64,000 bases of DNA from Candidatus Aminicenantales bacterium (GCA_049512315.1 JBEKXF010000010.1:1-64000); one strand, 5' to 3'. Positions 37,451-49,581 are shown, counted from the first letter of the stretch. Program-made: numbers and translations. Notes: generated from the sequence alone by a model not told the origin.

Positions 37451-39223
37451 ATGATCTCGGCGGCTGACCGTTGGGTCGAAGAGCAGGAGCGGCTGGCAAA
37501 ACCGGCCCGCGTTTACTGGTGCGACGGCTCGGAGGGCGAGGCCTGGCGTCTCCTCGAGATCGGCCTGAACGAGGAGCGGTTGAACGGCCCCGTTTTCCAG
37601 AAGCTCAATCATAAGGCCTGGCCCACAGCCTACCTTCACCGCAGCAATCCGACCGACGTCGCCCGGACCGAGAAAGTGACCTTTGTCTGCCATTCGAGCC
37701 GCGACGCCTCCGGGCCGAACAACAACTGGATGGACCCGGCCAAGGCCAAAAAAATGATGGCCAAGCTTTCGGACGGCTGCATGGCCGGCCGGACCATGTA
37801 CATCATTCCCTACATGATGGGCCACCCCGACTCGCCCTACGCCAAAGCCTGCCTCATGGTCACGGATTCGAGCTACGTCGCGGTCAGCATGCGGATCATG
37901 ACCCGGATCGGGACTCCCATCCTCGACAAGCTCCGCAACCGCGAGGATTTCATCAAGGGCTTCCACTCGATCGGCGACCTCGACCCCAACCGCCGCTACA
38001 TCATGCACTTCCCAGAGAAAGGGCTCGTCTGGAGCGTCGGTTCGGGCTACGGCGGGAACGCCCTCCTCGGCAAGAAGTGCGTCTCGCTCCGGATCGGCTC
38101 CTACCTCGGTTACCGGCAGGGATGGCTCGCCGAGCACATGGTCATCATGGGCATCGAGGACCACCGCGGCAATGTCACCTACGTCACGGCCGCCCTGCCG
38201 AGCGCCTGCGGCAAGACGAACCTGGCCATGATGGAGTCGGCCCTGCCCGGCTTCCGGGTCTGGACGCTCGGCGACGACATCGCCTGGCTCAACATCGGGC
38301 CCGACGGGCGGCTGTGGGCCATCAACCCCGAGGCCGGCTACTTCGGCGTCGCCCCCGGGACCTCGATGAAGACCAACCCCAACATGATGCGGACGATCCG
38401 GCGGGGCGCCTTCAACCCGACCCTGTTCACGAACGTCGCCCTGGACACGGACACGAACGAGCCCTGGTGGGAGGGCATCGACGGCCCGGTCCCCCCGCAC
38501 CTCCTCGACTGGCAGGGAAAACCCTGGACACCGGCCTCAGGCACGAAAGGCGCGCACCCCAACTCGCGGTTCACGGCCGCGCTCATCAACTCCCCGATGC
38601 TCTCGAAAGAATATGACAATCCCCGGGGCGTCCCCATCTCGGCCATTATCTTCGGCGGTCGGCGGACCCAGCTCATTCCGCTCGTCGTCGAGAGCTTCAG
38701 CTGGGCCCATGGCGTCTTCCTGGGCGCGCGGATGGGCTCGGAAACGACGGCCGCGGCCACGGGCCAGGTCGGGGTCGTCCGGCGCGACCCGATGGCCATG
38801 CTCCCCTTCTGCGGCTACAACATGGCCGACTACTGGCGCCACTACCTAAACATGGGGAACCGGCTGACCCGGCCGCCGAGGATCTTCTCCGTGAACTGGT
38901 TCCGGGTCGACGAGCGCGGCAAGTTCATCTGGCCCGGGTTCGGCGACAACATGCGGGTCCTCAAGTGGGTCGTCGACCGGGTGAACGGGGCCGTGCCGGC
39001 CCGCGAAACCCCCGCCGGTCTCGTGCCCAGGGTCGAGGACCTCGATATGACCGGCCTCAGCCTGCCGAAGGACAGCCTCGAGAAGCTCTTCGCCGTCGAC
39101 ATGAGGGAATGGAAGCCGGAGGTCGACGACATCCGGGCCTTTCTCAAGCCCTATCGCAACCGCCTGCCCTCCGAGATCCGCGACGAATTCGAGCGGCTCG
39201 AGCGCCAGGTCCGGGCCAAATGA
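37451..39223 (+). CDS. pckG: Phosphoenolpyruvate carboxykinase (GTP)
   Basis: GSGYGGNALLGKKC, WLAEHM, PSACGKTNLAM, GDDIAW, HPNSRF, RDPMAMLPFCGY. Confidence 0.96.
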   Translation: MISAADRWVEEQERLAKPARVYWCDGSEGEAWRLLEIGLNEERLNGPVFQKLNHKAWPTAYLHRSNPTDVARTEKVTFVCHSSRDASGPNNNWMDPAKAKKMMAKLSDGCMAGRTMYIIPYMMGHPDSPYAKACLMVTDSSYVAVSMRIMTRIGTPILDKLRNREDFIKGFHSIGDLDPNRRYIMHFPEKGLVWSVGSGYGGNALLGKKCVSLRIGSYLGYRQGWLAEHMVIMGIEDHRGNVTYVTAALPSACGKTNLAMMESALPGFRVWTLGDDIAWLNIGPDGRLWAINPEAGYFGVAPGTSMKTNPNMMRTIRRGAFNPTLFTNVALDTDTNEPWWEGIDGPVPPHLLDWQGKPWTPASGTKGAHPNSRFTAALINSPMLSKEYDNPRGVPISAIIFGGRRTQLIPLVVESFSWAHGVFLGARMGSETTAAATGQVGVVRRDPMAMLPFCGYNMADYWRHYLNMGNRLTRPPRIFSVNWFRVDERGKFIWPGFGDNMRVLKWVVDRVNGAVPARETPAGLVPRVEDLDMTGLSLPKDSLEKLFAVDMREWKPEVDDIRAFLKPYRNRLPSEIRDEFERLERQVRAK

Positions 39224-39699
39224 AGCTGGACGCGGCGACATTGATCCACACGTGGGGGCTCCCCACCGCGACCTTTGTCTACTGTTTCGCGAGCGGCCTC
39301 CTGCCCTTCGTCAACGCCGAGGCCTTCCTGGTCATCATCTCCTCGGCCCTCCTCACGAAATCCCAGCTCCTGATGGTCACGGCCCTCGCCACCCTGGGCC
39401 AGATGACGGCCAAGTGCACCATGTATTCCGTGGCCCGGACGTCCTTCAAACACCCGCCCCAAAAATACGAGGACAAACTGGCGCGGGCCCGGGCGAAGCT
39501 CGAGGGGTGGCGCTACGGGTCGGGGTTCTTCATCTTCGTCAGCGCCAGCACCGGCTTCCCCCCGCTCTACATCATCAGCATCCTGGCCGGGATGCTCAAG
39601 ATGAACTTCGTCACTTTCCTCGTCTTCGGGCTGGCCGGGCGGTTCGTCCGGTTCGGGATCGCGCTCCTCTTCCCGCAGCTCCTCAAAAGCCTGTTCTAA
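39220..39699 (+). CDS. DedA/VTT (YqaA-like) membrane protein
   Basis: ATGA overlap with pckG; hydrophobic; GRFVRF C-terminal motif. Confidence 0.75.
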   Translation: MKLDAATLIHTWGLPTATFVYCFASGLLPFVNAEAFLVIISSALLTKSQLLMVTALATLGQMTAKCTMYSVARTSFKHPPQKYEDKLARARAKLEGWRYGSGFFIFVSASTGFPPLYIISILAGMLKMNFVTFLVFGLAGRFVRFGIALLFPQLLKSLF

Positions 39700-39711
39700 A
39701 AAGAAGGTGGA

Positions 39712-40950
39712 TCAGCGGTCGATGATGACCGCGATGGCGTACTGAAGCGACGTGCCGTCCTGGAGCTTGACCGGGAGGGTGGAGATCCCGATCCGCCGCA
39801 GCGTTGCGTCCTTGAGCCCTTTCCGAAGAAGCCCTCCGATCCCGTCGAGCGTCTGAAACATGAAGAAGAACTCTCCGCGCCGCGGAGCGGTAGGACGGGC
39901 GGCGCCGGCCTTTTTCCGCTCGCTGATCAGAAGATCGGCCTGCCGGCAAAGCTCGTCATCGAGCTCGAGGCGCCGGAGGCTCATCCGGGCCCTGATCTCA
40001 TTCGCGGCCGTGAGGACGATCAGCGTGCGGTCCAGGTCGTCCGGTCCCGCAGTAGGGTCATCGGCGACGAGGAGGGCGCAGACATAATAGGCTCCGCCCG
40101 GATATTCGCGGGTCCGGATGAAGCCGATGCCTATCCCCGCCCGTCTGTACCGGCCGAGGTCCGCGTTCGTGAGCGCCGCCGTGATATCGTCCAGGTCCGC
40201 GCCCATGGCGAACCGCATAAGGGCCTCCCCGAAGAAGGCCGGCACCGCCGGTAGCTCCCGGCCGGCGGCCCGTTTGAGGGCGTAGCTCTGGGCCGTCTCG
40301 TTGAGCGTGTCGAGGAGGACGAGCGGCGGCAGGTTCATCTTTCGCCTGGGCTCGTTCATGGCACGGAGAACGATGCCTCGGGCCTCTTTTTCGTCTCGCC
40401 GGACCAGACCGCGGGCGAAGTCCTCGGTGACGAAATAGGAGCCTCCCTTTCCCCGGACGATGCCGATCCCGACCTGGTCGAAGTCGGGGTTCAGGACATT
40501 CTCCCGGTGGCCGGGGCTGGCCATGAACGATTGATGGATGGCCTCAGGGACGGAGGTCCCGCTCCGGGCGACGTTCTCCCCGTTGGCGGCGAAAAGGATC
40601 CCGGCGTCGACAAGGCGGTCCGTGTAGGATTTTCCCGCGGCGGAGGTGTGCATGAGGATGCCGAGCCGGGCCATTTCCGAGCTCTGCCTCCGGGCCAGCA
40701 CCGTGAGCGGAGGGAAAGGTTTCAAAGCCGGGAGGTTCCGGGCCGTTCGCTCCCTGTTGAGGACGAGGAACAGCCCCTTCTCCATCTCCTCGGGAGACGG
40801 CAGGGCGGCGATTTGTCCGCCGGTCCCGCCCGTGCTGCCGCGAAAGATGGCCGGTTGCGCCCCCCAGGCCGAAAAGAGGACGGCGTACAAGAGGACCCGG
40901 CCCGGCTGTTTTTGCCGATCGCCCGCTGCCATGGATGCCACCTCTTCCAT
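39712..40950 (-). CDS. CAP (SCP/PR-1) domain protein with additional degenerate CAP repeats
   Basis: LNRERTARNLPAL, GENVA, FMASPGHRENVL, VGIG..VTEDF; start uncertain. Confidence 0.75.
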   Translation of the reverse strand: MEEVASMAAGDRQKQPGRVLLYAVLFSAWGAQPAIFRGSTGGTGGQIAALPSPEEMEKGLFLVLNRERTARNLPALKPFPPLTVLARRQSSEMARLGILMHTSAAGKSYTDRLVDAGILFAANGENVARSGTSVPEAIHQSFMASPGHRENVLNPDFDQVGIGIVRGKGGSYFVTEDFARGLVRRDEKEARGIVLRAMNEPRRKMNLPPLVLLDTLNETAQSYALKRAAGRELPAVPAFFGEALMRFAMGADLDDITAALTNADLGRYRRAGIGIGFIRTREYPGGAYYVCALLVADDPTAGPDDLDRTLIVLTAANEIRARMSLRRLELDDELCRQADLLISERKKAGAARPTAPRRGEFFFMFQTLDGIGGLLRKGLKDATLRRIGISTLPVKLQDGTSLQYAIAVIIDR

Positions 40951-41134
40951 TTTCGCCGAAAAAGGGAGAAAAGCAAATCCGCCCGGCTTTCGTTTCGGGC
41001 AGGAAGAAATGGGTGTCGGTCATCCCCGATGAACGAACCCTGGGCGAAAAGGGCTCTTCCCCCAATCGGACTTGGCACCGACATGAGGAATTCGGTTATA
41101 ATGACTCGCGTAGAAAAGAAAGGATGATGGCATC

Positions 41135-42175
41135 ATGAGCGCACGGCCAAAGAAAATCGAGGATTTCCGCAAGAAAGACGACCTTCTCGTGATCACCGGC
41201 GCCGGCGGTTTCATCGGCGGGGCCCTGGTCCGCTATTTCTACGACCAGGGTTTCCACAGGATCCGGGCCGTCGACAAGAAGCCCCTTCCCGACTGGTACC
41301 AGAGGACATCCGGCGTCGAAAACCTCTGCCTAGACCTAAGCTATCGCGACAATTGCGTCCGGGCCTGCGAGGGCGCCGCCGAAGTCTATCAGCTCGCCGC
41401 CGACATGGGCGGGATGGGCTTCATCGAACGCTTCCGCGTCGAATGCCTCCGGAGCGTCCTCATCAACACCCACATGGTCGAGGCCGCCTACAAGGCCGGC
41501 GCGGACCGCTACTTTTTCTCCTCCTCCGCCTGCGCCTATAACGTTGAGCTGCAGAAGGATACGCATTCACGGGCCCTCAAGGAGTCGGACGCCTACCCGG
41601 CCATGGCCGAGCGCGGCTACGGCTGGGAGAAGCTCTTCTCGGAGATGGTCTGCCAGGAGTACCGGGCCGAGCGCGGGTTCCAGACGTTCATCGCCCGGTT
41701 CCACAACGTCTACGGCCCGAACGGCACCTGGGACGGCGGCCGCGAGAAGGCGCCGGCCGCCCTCTGCCGCAAGGTCCTCGAGGCCCGCGACAACGGGAGC
41801 TTCGCGGTCGAGATCTGGAGCGACGGGACCCCGACCCGGAGTTTCCAGTTCATCGACGACTGCGTCGAAGGGATCGACATGATCATGCACTGCGACCGGC
41901 TCATCGCGACGCCCATCAACCTGGGCTCGAGCGAGCTCGTCTCGGTCAACGAGCTCCTGTCGATCATCGAGGAGGCGGCGGGCTTCAAGGTCAAAAGGAG
42001 CTACGACCCGGCGGCGCCGAAGGGCGTCGGCGGCCGCAATTCCGACAACACGATGATCAAGGAGATCCTGGGCTGGGAGCCGTCGACCCCGATCCGCAAG
42101 GGGATCGCCAGGACCTACGCCTGGATCGAGGAGCAGTTCGCCCTGCGCAAGGCCGGGAAGCGGACGGTCGTCTAA
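41135..42175 (+). CDS. NAD-dependent epimerase, GDP-mannose 3,5-epimerase-like
   Basis: TGAGGFIG, LAADMGGMGFI, SSACAY, YGWEK, GGREKAPAALCRK. Confidence 0.88.
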   Translation: MSARPKKIEDFRKKDDLLVITGAGGFIGGALVRYFYDQGFHRIRAVDKKPLPDWYQRTSGVENLCLDLSYRDNCVRACEGAAEVYQLAADMGGMGFIERFRVECLRSVLINTHMVEAAYKAGADRYFFSSSACAYNVELQKDTHSRALKESDAYPAMAERGYGWEKLFSEMVCQEYRAERGFQTFIARFHNVYGPNGTWDGGREKAPAALCRKVLEARDNGSFAVEIWSDGTPTRSFQFIDDCVEGIDMIMHCDRLIATPINLGSSELVSVNELLSIIEEAAGFKVKRSYDPAAPKGVGGRNSDNTMIKEILGWEPSTPIRKGIARTYAWIEEQFALRKAGKRTVV

Positions 42176-42255
42176 CGGCAGATTGACGTTCCGTTCCCGG
42201 ACGGCGTATGATTGGGGACGATGTCTGTCGGCAATCCCAACATCCGGAGGGAACG

Positions 42256-42921
42256 ATGTCCATGAATCCCGCCAAAACCGCCTGGGGTCCAATCCTGGTC
42301 CTGGGAAGCTTCTGGGGGCTATCCGAAGCGGCCCTCGGCATGTACCTTCGCCAATGCGCCTCGACGGTCTCGGGCTCGCTCATGACCGGCGCGGCCCTCT
42401 TCTTCCTGGCCGCCGCCTGGGCGATCTCGCCCCGCCTTCAGGCCATCGCCGGGATGGTCGCCCTGGCTTCGTTCTTCAAGCTTTTTGATGCGATGCTCCT
42501 CGGCCTCCCCGTCCTCCACGGCGCCATCGCCAACCCGATCTTCGCCATCGTCATGGAGGGAGCGGCGTTTTTCCTCCTGATCAGCGTCCTTCAAAAAGGC
42601 CTGACCGCGAAAACCGCAGGACAGGGGCTCGCGGGAGGCCTGACCGCGCTTCTCGCCGTCAACGCCTTCCCGCTGGTCAGGTTCGCCACCGGGATCGCGG
42701 CCTGCAAAGTCCCCGGCACGGCCATCCCCCTTTCTCTCTATTACGCGCCCATCGCCATCATCCTCTCGATCGTTACCGTCCCGGCCGGATTTTGGGCGGG
42801 GACGAGGGTCGCGGCGTTTGAAACGCGTCTTTCATCGTCCGCCCCGGCGAAGTTCGGCTGGGTCTCTCCCGCCGCCTTCGTTCTCTGCCTGGCCGCCCTC
42901 GCCCTTCTGAGACTGGCCTAA
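42256..42921 (+). CDS. Integral membrane protein (about 6 TM, ECF S-component-like size)
   Basis: GGAGG RBS; hydrophobic; GSFWGLSEA N-terminal motif. Confidence 0.6.
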   Translation: MSMNPAKTAWGPILVLGSFWGLSEAALGMYLRQCASTVSGSLMTGAALFFLAAAWAISPRLQAIAGMVALASFFKLFDAMLLGLPVLHGAIANPIFAIVMEGAAFFLLISVLQKGLTAKTAGQGLAGGLTALLAVNAFPLVRFATGIAACKVPGTAIPLSLYYAPIAIILSIVTVPAGFWAGTRVAAFETRLSSSAPAKFGWVSPAAFVLCLAALALLRLA

Positions 42922-42954
42922 CCCGGCCCGACCTTTTTTTCACGGGAGTCCACG

Positions 42955-43581
42955 ATGGAAAAACGATCCGACAAGAAAACTCCCGGCGGCGTCAGCCGCA
43001 GGGATTTCATCAAGGGCGTCGGCACCGGAGCGCTCGGGACGGCCGTCCTGCCCGGCCTCTTCGCCCAGGACGCGGTCCAAACAAAAAAGGGCCGTGTCCC
43101 GGTATTCGACAAGAAAACGATCACCCTGACCGTCAACGGCACCCCCCAGGCCGTCCTCGTCAGAGCGAACGAAACCCTGCTCGACCTCCTCCGCGACCGG
43201 CTCGAGCTCACCGGGACGAAAAGGACGTGCGACCGGGGCGAGTGCGGCGGCTGCACGGTCCTCCTCGACGGGTCCCCCGTCTACGCCTGCATGCTCCTCG
43301 CCATCCGGGCGGACGGGAAGAAGGTCACCACCATCGAGGGCCTGGCCCGGGGCGAGAAGCTCCATCCCGTCCAGGAGGCCTTCGTCGAGCACGACGGCTA
43401 CCAGTGCGGTTTCTGCACGCCGGGCTTCATCATGACGACGTCCGCCTTCCTGGTGAAGAACCCCTCACCGACCCCCGACGAGATCAGGATGGCCCTCTCC
43501 GGGAATCTCTGCCGGTGCGGCAACTACGCCAGGATCTACAAGGCCGTGGCCGCCGCCGCCGAAAAGATGAAGGGGGCGTGA
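42955..43581 (+). CDS. Tat-exported 2x[2Fe-2S] subunit of xanthine dehydrogenase-family enzyme (PaoA-like)
   Basis: SRRDFIK twin-arginine; CDRGECGGC, QCGFCTPG, NLCRC. Confidence 0.92.
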   Translation: MEKRSDKKTPGGVSRRDFIKGVGTGALGTAVLPGLFAQDAVQTKKGRVPVFDKKTITLTVNGTPQAVLVRANETLLDLLRDRLELTGTKRTCDRGECGGCTVLLDGSPVYACMLLAIRADGKKVTTIEGLARGEKLHPVQEAFVEHDGYQCGFCTPGFIMTTSAFLVKNPSPTPDEIRMALSGNLCRCGNYARIYKAVAAAAEKMKGA

Positions 43582-43582
43582 C

Positions 43583-45739
43583 ATGGAATACAAGTACATC
43601 GGGAAATACACGCCTCGAGTCGACGGCCGCAAGATCGTCACCGGGAAGGCCCAGTACACGCACGATATCAGGCTCCGGGACATGCTCATCGGGAAGATCC
43701 TGAGATCACCGCACGCCTCGGCCGAGGTCGTCGCGATCGACCTCGGACCGGCCAGGAGCCTCCCCGGGGTCATGGCCGCGATCCCCCTGGCCCAGGGGAA
43801 GGTCCACTACGCCGGCGAGCAGGTCGCGGCCGTGGCCGCCGTCGACGATAGGACCGCGGAAAAGGCCCTCGCCCTGATCAAGGTCGACTACAAAGTCCTC
43901 CCGGCCGTCGTCGACTGGGAAAAAGCCGGGGAGCCGGGCGCCCCCCAGGTCCGCGACGCAAAGCCGAACGTCGAGAAGTTCAGCGAGGCCGCCCGCGGCG
44001 ACGTCGAGAAGGGCTTCAAGGAAGCGGACGTCGTCCTCGAACGGACCTACCGGACGAATTTCGAGATCCACCACCCGGCCGAGACGCACGCCAGCGTCGC
44101 CTCCTGGGACGGCGACCAGCTCACCGTGTACGATTCGACCCAGGCCGTCCACGGGGTCCACGACGGCCTGGCCCGGGCCCTGAAGATGCCCGCGGCCAAC
44201 GTGACAGTCATCAAAAGGTATATGGGCGGAGGCTTCGGGAGCAAGCTCGGCCTCAACGAGCACACCGTCGTCGCGGCCCGGCTGGCAAGGGAAGCGGGAC
44301 AGCCGGTCAAGATCGTCCTCAGCCGGCGCGACAACTCCCTCTGCGTCGGCTATCGCCCCTCCTCCTGCCAGACCTACAAGGCCGGCGTGAAGAAGGACGG
44401 CACCCTGACGGCCCTGAGCCTCCTCAATTACGCGAGCGGCGGGACGGATTTCGGGGACGAGGTCCTCGAGCCGACGGTCGACCTTTACAAGTGCTCTAAC
44501 GTGAAGGTCGAGGAGTTCTCCGTTTTCACCAACACCGGCGCCCAGCGGGCGACCCGCGCCCCCGGTCATACCCAGGGCATGTTCGGCCTCGAAGGGCTCA
44601 TGGACGAGCTGGCCGCGGCCATAGGGATGGACCCCCTCGAGCTCCGGAAGAAAAATTATTCCACCAAGAACCAGGGCGACACCGGACTCCCCTACTCGAC
44701 GAAGGGGCTCGACAGATGCTACGAGGCCGGGGCCAGGGCCATCGGCTGGGAGCATCGGAACAAACGGCCGGGCGAAGGCAGCGGCCCGATTCGCCGCGGC
44801 CTCGGCATGTCCTCGAGCATCTGGTGGGGGACCGGAGTGCCCGGGACGCTTGTCGACCTCGTGCTTTTCCCGGACATGAGCGTCGAGGTCGTCTGCGGGA
44901 CCCAGGACATCGGTACGGGGACGCGGACCCACATGGCCGTCGTCGCGGCCGAGACGCTCGGCTTCGAGCCGAAGGAGATCACGATCAAGATCGGCAATTC
45001 CGACTCCCCGTGGGCGCCGGCCTCGGGCGGCAGCGTGACGACGCCCTCGGTGGCCCCGGCCGTCCGTGATGCGGCCCTCAAGGCCGTCGAGCGGCTGAAG
45101 CAGGTCGCCGCCAGGAAGCTCAAGGCCAGGCCCGAGGACATCACGATGGAGGGCCGGGCGTTCGCCGTCAAGGGCGCGGACGATAAGTCCGTTCCCTTCG
45201 CCGACGTCTATCGAGACCTCCGCCGGGAGACCGTTTTCCACGGGGAGAGGTCCGATTTTCCCGAAGACAAGTACGCTTTCAACACGTTCGGGGCCCACTT
45301 CGCCGAAGTCGAAGTGGACATCGAGACGGGCAAGGTCCGCGTCCTCAGGTACGCGGCCGCCCACGACAGCGGCCGGATCATCAACCGGCAGACGGCCGAG
45401 AGCCAGGTCATCGGCGGGATCACGCAAGGACTGAGCGCCGGGCTCTTTGAGGAACGGGTCATGGATTCGACGACGGGCCATCCCGTCAATCCCAACCTCC
45501 GCGACTACAAGATCGCAACGTCGCTCGACATCCCCGAGATCACCACGATCTTCGTGGACGTCGTCGACGACAAGCTTAACAACCTGGGCGCGAAGGGGCT
45601 GGGGGAGCCGCCCCGCATCCCGAGCTCGGCGGCCATCGCCAACGCCGTGTACAACGCGATCGGCGTCCACGTCCGGGAGATCCCGATGACGCCCCAGCGG
45701 GTCCTCCAGGCCCTCAAGCGGAAGGAGGCCGGGTCATGA
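43583..45739 (+). CDS. Molybdopterin-binding subunit, xanthine dehydrogenase family (PaoC-like)
   Basis: GGGFGSK, RAPG, GTQDIGTG, AKGLGEPP. Confidence 0.92.
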   Translation: MEYKYIGKYTPRVDGRKIVTGKAQYTHDIRLRDMLIGKILRSPHASAEVVAIDLGPARSLPGVMAAIPLAQGKVHYAGEQVAAVAAVDDRTAEKALALIKVDYKVLPAVVDWEKAGEPGAPQVRDAKPNVEKFSEAARGDVEKGFKEADVVLERTYRTNFEIHHPAETHASVASWDGDQLTVYDSTQAVHGVHDGLARALKMPAANVTVIKRYMGGGFGSKLGLNEHTVVAARLAREAGQPVKIVLSRRDNSLCVGYRPSSCQTYKAGVKKDGTLTALSLLNYASGGTDFGDEVLEPTVDLYKCSNVKVEEFSVFTNTGAQRATRAPGHTQGMFGLEGLMDELAAAIGMDPLELRKKNYSTKNQGDTGLPYSTKGLDRCYEAGARAIGWEHRNKRPGEGSGPIRRGLGMSSSIWWGTGVPGTLVDLVLFPDMSVEVVCGTQDIGTGTRTHMAVVAAETLGFEPKEITIKIGNSDSPWAPASGGSVTTPSVAPAVRDAALKAVERLKQVAARKLKARPEDITMEGRAFAVKGADDKSVPFADVYRDLRRETVFHGERSDFPEDKYAFNTFGAHFAEVEVDIETGKVRVLRYAAAHDSGRIINRQTAESQVIGGITQGLSAGLFEERVMDSTTGHPVNPNLRDYKIATSLDIPEITTIFVDVVDDKLNNLGAKGLGEPPRIPSSAAIANAVYNAIGVHVREIPMTPQRVLQALKRKEAGS

Positions 45740-46709
45740 GAGAGTTCAGGATCGCCCAGCCGAGAACGGTCGACGAGCTGGCGGCCCTCCTGGCCGAGAC
45801 CGAGGAGAAAACGGCCCTCATGGCCGGCGGCACCGACCTCATCGATGAGCTCAAGAGCGGCGTCGCCGGGCCGGACATCGTCGTGGACATCCAGGGGATC
45901 GAGGCGCTGGCCGGGATCGTCCCGGACAAAAACGGGCTGAGGATCGGGCCCATGACCAGGGTCGCGGCCTTGGCCGAGGACGCCGCCGTGGCCCGGGATT
46001 ATCCAATCCTGAAGGAGGCCGCGCTATCGCTGGCGACGCCCCAGCTCCGGAATGTGGGCACCGTCGGCGGGAACCTCTGCCAGAGGCCGCGCTGCTGGTA
46101 TTATCGCGACCCGGAGGTCGTCTGCCGCAAGAAGGGCGGGGCCCTCTGCTTCGCCTTCAGGGGCCGGAACAAGTACCACGCGATCATGGGCGGGAGCGGC
46201 TGTTACATCGTCTACCCCTCTGACCTCGCCCCGACCCTGATCAGCCTCGGCGCCAAGATCACGATCGGAAGCGCCAAAGGCGACAAGGTCGTGCCGCTCG
46301 AGGATTTCTACAAGCCCCCATTCGTCAACGTGGAGAGGGAGAACGTCCTCGCCGCGGGCGAATTCCTGAAGGACATCCGCGTCCCGGCGCCGAAGCCGGG
46401 CCAGAAGGGGACCTACGTCAAGCTCAAGGAGCGCGGGACGTGGGATTTCGCGGTCGCGTCGGCGGCGGCGACCGGCGTCGTCAAGGGCGGCGTTTTCTCC
46501 GAGATCGCGATCATCGCCGGCGGCCTGGCCCCCATTCCCTGGCGGATGAAGGCGGCCGAAGACATCCTCCGCGGCAAGCCCGTCACCGAGGCGCTGGTCA
46601 GGCAGGCCGCCGACGAGGCCCTCAAAGCTGCGACGCCGCTGGCCGAGAACGCCTACAAGATAGATCTCGCCGCCGCGGCGATCAGGCGGGCCGTCCTCGC
46701 CCTCTTAGA

Positions 46710-46713
<4 letters not shown>
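45736..46713 (+). CDS. FAD-binding subunit with Cys-rich [4Fe-4S] insert (PaoB-like)
   Basis: AGGTDL, RNVGTVGGNLCQRPRCWYYR..CRKKGG..C..GC. Confidence 0.9.
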
Positions 46714-47761
<1,048 letters not shown>

Positions 47762-47765
<4 letters not shown>

Positions 47766-48364
47766 TCTGGGTCACGGTGTTGGCGGCCGGCGAATCCCGG
47801 AGGATGGGGACGCAGAAACTCCTCCTTCCCTTCGGCGAAACCACGGTCATCGAGGCCATCGTCCGGACCGCGCTTGATTCGGAGGCCGAGGGGACGGTCG
47901 TCGTCCTGGGGGCCAACAGAGAGAGGGTCCGGGGCGTGCTCAAGTCCTATCCCCTGGTTTTCGCGGTCAACAAAGACTATCGGCTGGGCATGCTCTCATC
48001 GATCCAGGCCGGATTCAGGGCCCTCCCAACTGACGCGGAGGCCGCGGTCATCATGCTCGGCGATCAGCCGACCATCCCGGCCCGGGTCCTTGACGCCCTC
48101 ATCCGGGCCTACAGGGAAAGCCGGCGCGGGATCGTCGTCCCGGTCCATGGAGGGCACCGCGGCCACCCCGTCCTGATCGACATGAAAAATAAGGACGAGG
48201 TCCTCGGCCTCGACCCGGGTATCGGCCTGAGGCAGCTTCTGCGGACCCATCCGGAAGATGTTCTGGAGGTCGCGGTCTCTTCGCCCGAAGTCCTCAAGGA
48301 TATCGACCGTCCCGAGGATTACCGGGAAGAGGTCGATCAAAGCTCTAAGGCTCATCGCAAATAA
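47762..48364 (+). CDS. mocA: Molybdenum cofactor cytidylyltransferase
   Basis: LAAGESRRMG..KLLL, LGDQP, GHPV, DID. Confidence 0.85.
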
Positions 48365-48432
48365 CTTGACAGCGCTTTTTTCGGACCTTCATCATCGCCG
48401 TTACACGATGTCACGTCTATGGTCCTGCTCCC

Positions 48433-49581
48433 TCAGCGCAGGCGCTCCATGCGGGTCGCGCGCTTCAGGATGCGGTCGGGCATGACCCGGACGCCGATGC
48501 CGGGGCCGTTCGGGATGTCGATGAACCCGTCGGGGCCGAGGAAAACGGGCGGCTCGGCGATGTCCTCGGCGAAATAATTGCTCGTCTCGGAGGTGTCGCC
48601 GGGCAGGGTGAACCCTTCGGCCGTCTGGAGGTGGATGTTGACGGCCCGGCCGATACCCGTCTCGTCCATCCCGCCGGACCAGACGTCGATGCCGCGGTCG
48701 GCGCAATAGCGGGCGATCCTCATGGACTCCATCAGGCCCCCGACCCTCCCCTGCTTGATGTTGATGACCCGGCAGGCGCCGAGGGCGATGGCCGCGGCCG
48801 CGTCGTCCGGGCCGTGGATGGATTCGTCGAGGCAGATCGCGGTCTTCATCTCCTTCTGGAGGGCGGCGTGCTGGAAGATGTCGTTATAGGAAAGCGGCTG
48901 TTCGATCATCATCAGGTCAAAGGCGTCGAGCTCTTTGAGATGGGAGATGTCGGCGAGCGAGTAGTCTCCGTTCGCGTCGACCATGAGCCGCAGGTCGGGG
49001 AAACGGTTCCGGACGGCCCGGACCCAATCGACATCCTGGCCTTTTTTGATCTTCATTTTGACTCGATGGTATTTTTTGGCCACGGCACTCTCGACCGCGG
49101 CCAGGAGCTCGGCCTGCGTCTCCTTGAGCCCGATACTGATCCCCGACATGATCTTCTTCGCCGGCCGTCCCAGGAGCGCGTGGAGAGGAATCCCTTTCTG
49201 GGTCGCGATCATGATCAGGAGGCCGTTCTCGATCGTCGCCTTGGCCATGCCGTGGCCGCGGACGTGGCGAAAACGGCTTTCGAGCTCGCCCAACGTAATC
49301 CCCGGCTCGACAAGCGGAAGAAGAAAATCCTTAATGATGTGGCGGGCCGTGTCATTCGTCTCGTAAAAATAGAACGGGTCGGGGTCGGAAACGCATTCGC
49401 TCCAGGCCGCGACGCCGCCGGACTCGAGCCGCATGAGCATCGCTTCCTTGTCGGTCCAGACATAGACGCTCGTCCCGAACGGGGCGACGAAGGGCAGCTT
49501 GACGGTGATGAGGTCGATATGGTCGAGCTTGGGGACGGCGAGCTTTTCAAGGGCGGCGGTCGGCGACGGGCTGAGGGTCAT
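48433..49581 (-). CDS. menC: o-succinylbenzoate synthase / N-succinylamino acid racemase (enolase superfamily)
   Basis: KMK, VDAN, EQP, CLDES, NIKQGRVGG, GGMDETGIGRA, PGDTS. Confidence 0.8.
   Translation of the reverse strand: MTLSPSPTAALEKLAVPKLDHIDLITVKLPFVAPFGTSVYVWTDKEAMLMRLESGGVAAWSECVSDPDPFYFYETNDTARHIIKDFLLPLVEPGITLGELESRFRHVRGHGMAKATIENGLLIMIATQKGIPLHALLGRPAKKIMSGISIGLKETQAELLAAVESAVAKKYHRVKMKIKKGQDVDWVRAVRNRFPDLRLMVDANGDYSLADISHLKELDAFDLMMIEQPLSYNDIFQHAALQKEMKTAICLDESIHGPDDAAAAIALGACRVINIKQGRVGGLMESMRIARYCADRGIDVWSGGMDETGIGRAVNIHLQTAEGFTLPGDTSETSNYFAEDIAEPPVFLGPDGFIDIPNGPGIGVRVMPDRILKRATRMERLR

Noticed and set aside
48366..48400. TTGACA suggesting an antisense promoter into menC
   Set aside because: No convincing -10 at the proper spacing and no downstream plus-strand gene
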